Source of the DNA: an uncultured Ginsengibacter sp.
GTDB taxonomy: Bacteria > Bacteroidota > Bacteroidia > Chitinophagales > Chitinophagaceae
Direction of reading: 5' to 3'
Length of the DNA stretch: 64,000 nucleotides
NCBI GenBank assembly: GCA_964526985.1
Contig: CAZGNJ010000004.1
Location: 94,618 to 158,617 of the forward strand
Shown: piece after piece, positions 40,275 through 48,504 of the stretch
Layout: the number at the start of each line of letters is the position of its first letter
How positions within the stretch are numbered: position 1 is the first letter of the stretch
Program-made: the position numbers and the translations under genes
The notes under the pieces: model-generated
What the model saw: only the letters and a program-made list of their open reading frames with translations
Databases searched by the model: none
What the model was told of the DNA's origin: nothing

Positions 40275-40371
40275 GAACATAATTGAAGGAAGAATGAAAA
40301 ACAACCATGTGGGCCAATCCAATTCATGATTTGGAATCCGGGAAATGAGATAAACTTCACGCAGGAGAAAA

Positions 40372-41640
40372 CTATCGCAGCACTTTCAGCCTTACGGCTT
40401 CGATTCTGGTTTTTGCCACACTCACGATATCAAACTGGTAATCGTCGATGATGATCCGGTCCTTTTGTTTGGGTATGGTGCCGCTTTGATTGATAATATA
40501 CCCACTCAAAGTTTCACTTTCGGTATCGTGTTTAAAATGAAGATTGTATTTTTCTGCAATGGTGTGTACACTCAGTCTTCCACTGAATAGAAATTCATTG
40601 GGCCCTATTTGCTTCTCCACAAAGTCTTCCGTTACATCAAACTCATCATAGATATCTCCAAAAATCTCTTCCAGCAAATCTTCCATAGTAATGATGCCGG
40701 CTGTGCCTCCAAACTCATCAATTACCCATGCTATACTTTTCCTTTCTTTGGAAAATTTATTCAACAGGTCCGTTGCATTCATGCTGTCTGGTATTACGGG
40801 GATAGGCAGCAGAATAGACCTGATATTCTGTGGTTTTTTAAATAGATCCAATTGGTGCACATATCCTTCTATGTTATCTATCGTACCATTATAAACGATT
40901 AGCTTACTCAGTTTGGTTTCACCAAAAATGGTTGACAGCTTCTCCATTGAAGTATTGATATCCACACCCACAATTTCTTTGCGAGGAATAAGGCAGGCTT
41001 TGACTTTAGTATCCGATAGCGAAATGATATTTTCAAAAATCTCATTATTCTTGTCCAGCTTATCGCCCTGTTCATTTCCTTTTATTTGCTGAGCAAACAA
41101 ATCCACATCTATCCTGGAGAATGCTTCTGTCTTGGGATTCAATTTTACATTGAGGATGTACTTCAATGTCCATTCTGATGCCTTTACCAAATACACTGCT
41201 ATCCACGAAAACAATGAAAACAAACTGCTGGTAAGGAAGGTTACGAATCCGCTGCCCAATATTGCATTAGGCCTGGCATGAAAAAATATTCTCATCAGGA
41301 ACCCAACGATCAGTAAAGAGAAACATCCTGCTACTGCCGCTGCCGCCAACTTCAGGTAAATATTTTCGATACCCCAGTAATCCCACACCGTACCCAGTAA
41401 AAGCCACCATAAGTAGCAAAATAATATCAGGCATACATTATATACAAGAATGCTGGTGGCTACAAATTTTGGAGTGTTTTGAAAATAATTGTGCCACACC
41501 CTGCCGCTGTACTTCGCCTGCTTTTTCTTCAATTCAATGGCCAGGCGGCTGGCAGAAAAAAATGCCGCGTCTATTCCACTCAGGAAACCTGTGAGTAGCA
41601 ATAAAAAACCAAGGATCGCTATGAGATAGTTAAACTCCAT
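40372..41640 (-). CDS. Hemolysin/CNNM family membrane protein (DUF21 + CBS pair + CorC/HlyC)
   Basis: N-terminal TMs; PRKEI; VIDEFGGTAGIITMEDLLEEIFGDIYDEFD; ETLSGYI. Confidence 0.9.
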   Translation of the reverse strand: MEFNYLIAILGFLLLLTGFLSGIDAAFFSASRLAIELKKKQAKYSGRVWHNYFQNTPKFVATSILVYNVCLILFCYLWWLLLGTVWDYWGIENIYLKLAAAAVAGCFSLLIVGFLMRIFFHARPNAILGSGFVTFLTSSLFSLFSWIAVYLVKASEWTLKYILNVKLNPKTEAFSRIDVDLFAQQIKGNEQGDKLDKNNEIFENIISLSDTKVKACLIPRKEIVGVDINTSMEKLSTIFGETKLSKLIVYNGTIDNIEGYVHQLDLFKKPQNIRSILLPIPVIPDSMNATDLLNKFSKERKSIAWVIDEFGGTAGIITMEDLLEEIFGDIYDEFDVTEDFVEKQIGPNEFLFSGRLSVHTIAEKYNLHFKHDTESETLSGYIINQSGTIPKQKDRIIIDDYQFDIVSVAKTRIEAVRLKVLR

Positions 41641-41670
41641 TAAGCAAATGTATCATTTTGCCTGAAAGGT

Positions 41671-42255
41671 TTAGTTGTGCAGAAAATTTCCAATGATCGC
41701 ATCAGCTTCGCGGCAGGCCTGATCAAAGTCACTGTTGACAATAATATGTTCAAAATTATTTTGAAACGACATTTCGTACGATGACTTACCGAGGCGTGCC
41801 TGCAGGCTTTCGGGGGTCTCTGAGCCACGGCTGACCAGGCGTTCGCGCAAGGCCTCAATAGATGGTGGTTTAATAAATAGTGCAATGGTATTAACCGGGT
41901 ATTGCTTTTGTACATGAATAGCACCATGCACATCGAGGTCTAATATTGGCACTTTTCCCATCGACCACAACCTGTTCATTTCAGATTTCAATGTGCCATA
42001 ATATTTCCCTTCATACACCATCTCCCATTCCAGAAAATCCTTGTTTTTGATCTTCTCCTTAAAACTTTCTTCATCAAGAAAATAATAATCCACCCCGTCC
42101 TTTTCTGAGGCCCTGGGTTTGCGGGTAGTAGCAGAAACAGAAAATGCCAACCTGGGATATTGTTTCATCAAATGTCTGACAATTGAAGTCTTGCCTGATC
42201 CTGAAGGCGCTGTTACCATGATGATCTTCTTATAATCTTTCTGACTTGCTTCCAT
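41671..42255 (-). CDS. gmk: Guanylate kinase
   Basis: APSGSGKTS, SATTRKPRASEKDGVDYYF, YYGT, RGSET. Confidence 0.96.
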   Translation of the reverse strand: MEASQKDYKKIIMVTAPSGSGKTSIVRHLMKQYPRLAFSVSATTRKPRASEKDGVDYYFLDEESFKEKIKNKDFLEWEMVYEGKYYGTLKSEMNRLWSMGKVPILDLDVHGAIHVQKQYPVNTIALFIKPPSIEALRERLVSRGSETPESLQARLGKSSYEMSFQNNFEHIIVNSDFDQACREADAIIGNFLHN

Positions 42256-42264
42256 GCTATTGCT

Positions 42265-43569
42265 TTAAACTCTATTGATGTCTGCTCCTAATTTTTTCAG
42301 CCGCTCTTCGATGTACTGATATCCGCGATCTATCTGCTCTATATTCTGGATCGTACTCTTTCCTTCCGCACTCAATGCGGCAATAAGCAAAGCCACACCT
42401 GCCCTGATATCGGGGCTGGTCATGGTGATTCCTCGCAGCGGTATTCTTCGCTCCAACCCAACCACCACAGCACGATGCGGATCACACAATACAATTCTCC
42501 CACCCATCTCTATCACTTTATCGACAAAAAACAGGCGGCTTTCAAACATTTTCTGATGAACCAAAAGACTGCCTCTTGCCTGGGTTGCTACCACCAGGAT
42601 CACACTCAGCAAATCCGGTGTCAATCCCGGCCACGGATGATCGCTGATCGTAAGCATAGAGCTATCCATGAAGGTTTCTATCTCATACAATTCCTGCGAT
42701 GGTATTAAAATATCATCACCTCTGAATTCCATTTTGATGCCCAAACGTGAAAAAGTATCCGGAATGATTCCGAGATGTTCGACACCTGCATTCCTGATGG
42801 TGATCTCACTCTGTGTCATTGCTGCAAGACCAATGAAAGAACCCACTTCAATCATATCTGGCAGAATCGTGTGCTCTGTACCCGACAATGCCGAAACACC
42901 TTTTATATGCAACATATTACTACCGATACCGGAGATACCAGCACCCATTCTGTTGAGCATACGGCACAACTGCTGAATGTATGGTTCGCATGCAGCATTG
43001 TAAATAGTAGTAACTCCTTCTGCAAGTACTGCCGCCATGATGATATTTGCAGTGCCTGTTACACTTGGTTCATCCAATGTCATGGATGTACCCCGGAGGC
43101 CATTGGTCTCGAGATGAAAAAAAGATTCATCATTGTCAAAAACAAAGTCAGCGCCTAATTTTCTAAAGCCAACTATGTGTGTATCCAACCTGCGTCTTCC
43201 GATCTTGTCCCCACCAGGCTTGGGCATAAAGGCTTTCCTGTAACGAGCGAGCAACGGACCTGCCAGCATTACACTTCCTCTCAGTTTGCCTGTTTTCTGA
43301 CGATAGGCAACAGAGGAAAGAAAATCGGTATCGACCGTAGCCGCCTTAAATGTACAAGTATGTGCATCGTGCCTGTGCACGGATACACCCATATCGCTCA
43401 ATAACTCTATCTGCAGATTTACATCTACGATGTCAGGTATGTTCCGAATGGTAACTTCATCAGCAGTGAGCAACACTGCAGAGATTACCTGCAATGCCTC
43501 ATTCTTTGCCCCCTGGGGAGTGATCTCTCCTTTTAATTTTTTTCCGCCGGTGACCACAAAACTTCCCAT
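42265..43569 (-). CDS. murA: UDP-N-acetylglucosamine 1-carboxyvinyltransferase
   Basis: GAKNEAL, LRGS, PGGDKIGRR, SVTGTAN, EP, PGLTPD, DIRAG, IDRGY. Confidence 0.96.
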   Translation of the reverse strand: MGSFVVTGGKKLKGEITPQGAKNEALQVISAVLLTADEVTIRNIPDIVDVNLQIELLSDMGVSVHRHDAHTCTFKAATVDTDFLSSVAYRQKTGKLRGSVMLAGPLLARYRKAFMPKPGGDKIGRRRLDTHIVGFRKLGADFVFDNDESFFHLETNGLRGTSMTLDEPSVTGTANIIMAAVLAEGVTTIYNAACEPYIQQLCRMLNRMGAGISGIGSNMLHIKGVSALSGTEHTILPDMIEVGSFIGLAAMTQSEITIRNAGVEHLGIIPDTFSRLGIKMEFRGDDILIPSQELYEIETFMDSSMLTISDHPWPGLTPDLLSVILVVATQARGSLLVHQKMFESRLFFVDKVIEMGGRIVLCDPHRAVVVGLERRIPLRGITMTSPDIRAGVALLIAALSAEGKSTIQNIEQIDRGYQYIEERLKKLGADINRV

Positions 43570-43638
43570 ACCTTACTTTTTATAATAATTAAAAACCCCG
43601 GTGTGTACCAGGGTATTCTTTTTAGTCTGAATGACTCG

Positions 43639-44295
43639 TTAGTATTTTTTCTTTCCAAATTTCCTGTTGCGTCCGTTGTTTCTACCGTTGCGTGAAAAAT
43701 TCTTATTGCGATTGTTCTTGCCGATATTGCTTACAAAATCTTCACGGTGTGGAGTGTTTCTGTGTTTGATAAAAGGCCTGGTATCAAATTCCAGTTCACC
43801 ATTGGTGATTGCAGACAATTCAGACTGAATACTATCATCATGTACCAATTCCTTATGCCAGGTACTGTAGGTAAGTTTCATGTAGTATGCAATAGCATTG
43901 GCCAGTCCCTGCCGCTTTTCTTCATCCTCTTCTTTCATAGCCTTTTCTATCAAAGATTGCAGGTTTTTACCCAAGTGGTTGTATTTCGGATGCTGCTTGG
44001 GATACGCTACCGGCTCCGGCTTTTCTGTATAGGATTCCTTATCCGGCATGGGGTATGGGCTATCTACATCCAGTTTAAAATCACTGATGTAATATAGATG
44101 ATCCCAGAGTTTGTGTTTGTAATCTTCCACTGTTTTCAGGGAAGGATTCAGGAAGCCCATCAACTCTACAACAGTATGGGCATTACGGGTACGTTTTTCA
44201 CGGTCTTCAATAGTGAGCATAAAATCAACCATCTTCTGAATATGGCGTCCATATTCACGAATGATCAAATGGTCTCTTGTAGTATTGTACTCCAT
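43639..44295 (-). CDS. DUF4290 family protein
   Basis: MEYNTTRDHLIIREYGRHIQKMV, KLWDHL, LDVDSPYP; a typical neighbour of murA in Bacteroidota; -7 box TACTTTTG at 44318-44325 favours the start at 44295. Confidence 0.85.
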   Translation of the reverse strand: MEYNTTRDHLIIREYGRHIQKMVDFMLTIEDREKRTRNAHTVVELMGFLNPSLKTVEDYKHKLWDHLYYISDFKLDVDSPYPMPDKESYTEKPEPVAYPKQHPKYNHLGKNLQSLIEKAMKEEDEEKRQGLANAIAYYMKLTYSTWHKELVHDDSIQSELSAITNGELEFDTRPFIKHRNTPHREDFVSNIGKNNRNKNFSRNGRNNGRNRKFGKKKY

Positions 44296-44516
44296 GAGGT
44301 CAAAATTTATCATTCAGCAAAAGTATTATTTCTAGACAAGAAAAATAAGTACCCGGGGACATATTCTAAGATAATTCACGAAATTAGAACTACGGCAGAG
44401 ATACTCAACTCAAGGAACTTCACATAAAGAGTATCCAAAAATTGAATCTAAAAGTTCAATCAATTCAAGTACTATTACCTTTAATACCCCTATCAATTTT
44501 CAATGGAGATATCAAC

Positions 44517-44948
44517 ATGAAAGAAAAATTAATTAAAATATTCCTGAGGTTATCAGTTGCTGCAGGATTTTTATCTGCCGTAGCAGACAGATTTGGATTA
44601 TGGAATGCCCGCGTATCGGTATGGGGCAATTGGGAGAATTTTCTCAATTATACTCAATCACTTAACCCTTTGATGCCATCGGAAATGATTCCTTTCCTTG
44701 GCTGGGTATCTACAATCCTGGAGTTAGTTCTTGGAATTTGTCTTTTCATCGGATTCAGGACCTCACTTGCAGCCAAACTCAGTGGGTGGCTGTTGCTCTT
44801 GTTTGCTTTGGCAATGACTTTTTCCCTGGGCATCAAAAAGCCATTAGATTATTCTGTATTCGCAGCATCAGCAGCTGCATTTGCAATAAGCCTGCTCAAA
44901 GAAAAATTTCTGGAAGTGGACACATTGTTTTCAGGAAAACATTCTTAA
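44517..44948 (+). CDS. DoxX-like membrane protein
   Basis: FLRLSVAAGFLSAVADRFG, WGNWENF, ELVLG, K.PLDYSVF. Confidence 0.8.
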   Translation: MKEKLIKIFLRLSVAAGFLSAVADRFGLWNARVSVWGNWENFLNYTQSLNPLMPSEMIPFLGWVSTILELVLGICLFIGFRTSLAAKLSGWLLLLFALAMTFSLGIKKPLDYSVFAASAAAFAISLLKEKFLEVDTLFSGKHS

Positions 44949-45015
44949 TCCTTGTTTGCGAAGATGGATTTCTTGTCGGCATTACCGGAATATTTTTCTG
45001 GAAGAAAGCTTGTAG

Positions 45016-46044
45016 TTACGGAACAATCACTGTCCGTACATTACTGCCAAACTTTTCCAGGTCATCCAAAACCCCATTGATAGCATCAGCATCCAAAGGA
45101 ACCGTACGGGTGACCACCTTTGAAACATCCAACCTCTTCCTTTCTACAAAATCAATAAGCAATGGCAGTTCATGCAGGCAGTGGTCATTAGAACCAATCA
45201 TCTCCACTTCATTTCCTAATATTTCAGAATAAGTATTCACTTCAATAGGTTTGCTGCAAAGCCCCACCAGCACAACTCTTCCCATCACTCCTGCGCTTTG
45301 AAGCGCCTGTTTTTGCGTTTGCTGTAAGCCAATCATTTCTAAAACTACATCAACACCATTTCCCCCGGTATTTCTTTTGATTGCTGCTACTGCATCTTCA
45401 TTTTTTGCGTTAACAGGAGTAGCTCCAAAAGATGCTGCAAGTTTCAATTTGCCTTCATTGATGTCGACTGCAAACACTGCAGAAGCGCCAAATGCAAATG
45501 CGAGTTGCACCGCCGACTGACCCAATCCGCCTGCTCCGAATATGGCGACCTTATCTCCTGCCTTAATCCTGCTTTTCATCAGTGCATGGAGTGCAGTTGC
45601 TGATGCACACATTAACGTGGCACCTTGTGTGAAAGGAATGTCATCCGGCAACCTAATGGCATTACGTGCAGGTATCGCAATATATTCTGCATATCCACCA
45701 TCCGCATGATGGCCTATCATTTTTCCCTTTGCACAAAATTGTTCGTTCCCCGAACTACAATAATAACAATCTCCACAAGTAATGAGGTAATGAAGACATA
45801 CCCTGTCTCCGGGTTTTACATTAGTAACAAGAGATCCTGTTTTCTCTACTACTCCAGCCACTTCATGACCGAAGGTAAGCGGTGTGAAACTCACAGGCGA
45901 TACACCTGACCGGTAATGTGCATCAGAATGACAGATGCCGGCAGCTTTCACTTTTACAAGTATATCCCGATTCCCAATTTCAGGAACAGGAATTTCCTGC
46001 AATTCCAATGGCTTGTTGACGCCAACAAATCGAACAGCTTTCAT
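45016..46044 (-). CDS. Zn-dependent medium-chain alcohol dehydrogenase
   Basis: GICHSD, GHEVAG, CGDCYYC..C, GAGGLG. Confidence 0.93.
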   Translation of the reverse strand: MKAVRFVGVNKPLELQEIPVPEIGNRDILVKVKAAGICHSDAHYRSGVSPVSFTPLTFGHEVAGVVEKTGSLVTNVKPGDRVCLHYLITCGDCYYCSSGNEQFCAKGKMIGHHADGGYAEYIAIPARNAIRLPDDIPFTQGATLMCASATALHALMKSRIKAGDKVAIFGAGGLGQSAVQLAFAFGASAVFAVDINEGKLKLAASFGATPVNAKNEDAVAAIKRNTGGNGVDVVLEMIGLQQTQKQALQSAGVMGRVVLVGLCSKPIEVNTYSEILGNEVEMIGSNDHCLHELPLLIDFVERKRLDVSKVVTRTVPLDADAINGVLDDLEKFGSNVRTVIVP

Positions 46045-46121
46045 CTTCAGAATTTTAGCAGGCTAATATACTCTGATAATTTCGAGAAGAGTTTTGAAAT
46101 GCGAAAATTGAATGGAAGGAT

Positions 46122-46311
46122 TGAATTATGAATTATGAATTATGAATTATAAATTGTGAATGATCAATGTTTAATGGATAATGCGCAAAGAATAACAGAC
46201 AATCCCAAATCTTTCATCCGTGTACAGGCAAACGAGCTGGCACTATTCATTTTCAATAAAGAATCAACTCCACAACGGTGGAAACCATTAAACATTAACC
46301 ATTAACCATTA
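46122..46311. repeat. Intergenic element bounded by inverted heptamer tandem repeats
   Basis: (TGAATTA)4 at 46122-46149; (A[C/A]CATTA)4 at 46284-46311; perfect 12-bp inverted match 46166-46177 / 46285-46296. Confidence 0.75.
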
Positions 46312-46325
46312 ATAATTGCCTATTC

Positions 46326-47168
46326 TTATTTCGAAGTAGGACACCTGTAACTGGTGATATTGAATGAAAGTCCTACCTCTGCGATCATGTACTGATCTTT
46401 CTGCTTGCTGAATCCCCGTTGCCTGCCTTCAATGCCAATAGGAGTGCCGGTTTCGTAAGAACGATCCTGTAATAGCCCGGCAACATTTTTTCCACCTGTA
46501 GGAGGAAATTTATCAATGCCCACATAAGTAGTGCTCACATCATCCAGGTAATCTGTAGTAGTGAAGCGGTAACCCAATTCAAAAGACACATTCATTTTGT
46601 CCGTTATCGCATACTTTACTCCAAAACCAATTGGAAAGCACAATGCCATGGTGCCATAGGTTTTCCTGTTTTGATAAAAAGTTTGTCCTTCAGTGTGCAA
46701 TGGCCTCAGATAATATTTTTCACCATCAAGAAGTGCATAAGGATCATAGTTAAAAATCCCGATGCCAATAGATGCATAGGGTGTGAAAGCATAATCGTAA
46801 TCTGTTGGAATAAACCTGAAAAAATTAAAATCGCCCTGTAAGGCAATTTCAAAAACATTACTATTGAAACTCAGGTTTCTCCGGTTCTCAAATTCATTCT
46901 TATTATAGCGGTCACTGTAGCCTAACTGCAAAAAGTGCCCGGAGAGCCTTGCAGAAATATAATTACTGAATTGTTTTCTGAAGAAAACACCAAGATCAAT
47001 TTTAGGACGATTGATCCTGTAATGATTATTGAGGTCGCCAAAATAGTGTGCGGCGCCTGCCGTTATTCCAAATTCAGCATCCTGCACATATTCATACTGG
47101 TCCAACTGTGCCATAGATTTTACTGAACACAATGATGCTATTATCAGGATAAGTAAGTTCTTTTTCAT
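46326..47168 (-). CDS. Outer-membrane beta-barrel, PorG/DUF6089-like (T9SS-associated family)
   Basis: EFGITAGAAHYFGDLN, RNLSFNSN..E, PIGFGVK, YRFTTTDYLDDVS; follows nadK. Confidence 0.75.
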   Translation of the reverse strand: MKKNLLILIIASLCSVKSMAQLDQYEYVQDAEFGITAGAAHYFGDLNNHYRINRPKIDLGVFFRKQFSNYISARLSGHFLQLGYSDRYNKNEFENRRNLSFNSNVFEIALQGDFNFFRFIPTDYDYAFTPYASIGIGIFNYDPYALLDGEKYYLRPLHTEGQTFYQNRKTYGTMALCFPIGFGVKYAITDKMNVSFELGYRFTTTDYLDDVSTTYVGIDKFPPTGGKNVAGLLQDRSYETGTPIGIEGRQRGFSKQKDQYMIAEVGLSFNITSYRCPTSK

Positions 47169-47242
47169 CGGGTATAATAAAATGTTCCGGGTATAGATAT
47201 TAGCAGAAGCAGAATCTTTATTAGTGGGGATAAAAATAACAT

Positions 47243-48118
47243 TTAATTCCTTTTGTCAAGACCCCATGAAAGCTTATTTCTTAAAGTTTGTAAAAAATTA
47301 TTCTCATTCAATCGTACCAGGTTGATATGAAACGCCTCCTTGCGAACAGCCAGCAGGGTTTCCATTGATGCGATCTCCCTCCGGCTATCCAGCGTACATT
47401 GGAATCCATCTGCCCTACCCTCTATTTCAAAAGATATCACCGAGGTGTCTGGTACAACGATGGGCCTAACATTCAAATTGTGTGGCGAAACCGGAGTGAT
47501 CACAAAACTCTTTGAATCCGGAAAGAGAATAGGGCCGTTGCAACTCAGGGAATACCCTGTAGAACCGGTTGGTGTGGACACTATCAATCCGTCTGCCCAA
47601 TACGTATTCAGAAATTCTCCATTCAGGTACGTATGGATCTTGATCATCGGTGAAGCATCCTTCTTATGTATTGCAAATTCATTGAGTCCATAAGGCATCC
47701 CATTAAACAATGGCATATTTGCATCCAGGTGTACCAGGGTTCTTTTGTCCAGAACGAATGTTCTGTTCAGCAATGCCTTCACTGCTGAATGGATTTCCTC
47801 CTTTCCGATATTAGCAAGGAAGCCCAGTCTTCCATAATTGATCCCAATAACAGGGATATCACTATTGGCCACAAATGTGATGGCATCCAGCAAGGTGCCG
47901 TCTCCGCCCAGACTGATCATGAAGTCAATATCTTCCAACTCTTCAGGTTTATTGAACGTGTTGTACTCCCTGCGAATAGGTAGCGAGCAATAGAACAGGT
48001 TAAAAAAATCCTGATGAATCACAGGTTCTATATTGGACTTTTCAAACTCAGCAAGCAATGCCTTCATACCTTCCAACTGGTCTGATTCTAATCCACGGCT
48101 GTAAACTGCTATGCGCAT
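47243..48118 (-). CDS. nadK: NAD kinase
   Basis: SLGGDGTLL, GINYGRLGFL, LNE, DGLIVSTPTGSTGYSLS, PHNLNVRP; -7 box TACTTTTG at 48138-48145. Confidence 0.96.
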   Translation of the reverse strand: MRIAVYSRGLESDQLEGMKALLAEFEKSNIEPVIHQDFFNLFYCSLPIRREYNTFNKPEELEDIDFMISLGGDGTLLDAITFVANSDIPVIGINYGRLGFLANIGKEEIHSAVKALLNRTFVLDKRTLVHLDANMPLFNGMPYGLNEFAIHKKDASPMIKIHTYLNGEFLNTYWADGLIVSTPTGSTGYSLSCNGPILFPDSKSFVITPVSPHNLNVRPIVVPDTSVISFEIEGRADGFQCTLDSRREIASMETLLAVRKEAFHINLVRLNENNFLQTLRNKLSWGLDKRN

Positions 48119-48504
48119 ATCGATTGATTCTTAGCTGCAAAAGTAAGGCAATGGAACAAAGCATGGATTGTTGAGGGATACCTTACCATTTCACCGAAGT
48201 AATTTCTATTTCAAAGAAATACTTCATTCTGATCTTAATAATGAAATTGCCAATTATTGAGATCAATAGCCAGGATCAATTATTTTTCTGTCAGGAAATG
48301 GATCATTGTCCATGTAGTACCTCGCAGGTTATTTTCCCGGAATAAAAAATGATAACGCATCCAATTGAAATTTTACTTATCTATTTCTGATAAAGGCTCT
48401 ATAAATAATTCAAGAATTCAATGTCTTCAGTTGATTCGCGCTCTTAACTGCACTACAATGAAATAGCCCACATCACACTACAATAAGACTCGTCTATCAA
48501 TTCG

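Noticed and set aside
40123..40371. Riboswitch or ncRNA in the long ECF 5' region
   Set aside because: No recognisable aptamer consensus or strong terminator by eye; an Rfam scan would be needed
46122..46311. Heptamer tracts as CRISPR repeats or a coding repeat
   Set aside because: Tandem 7-mers with no spacers and no credible ORF
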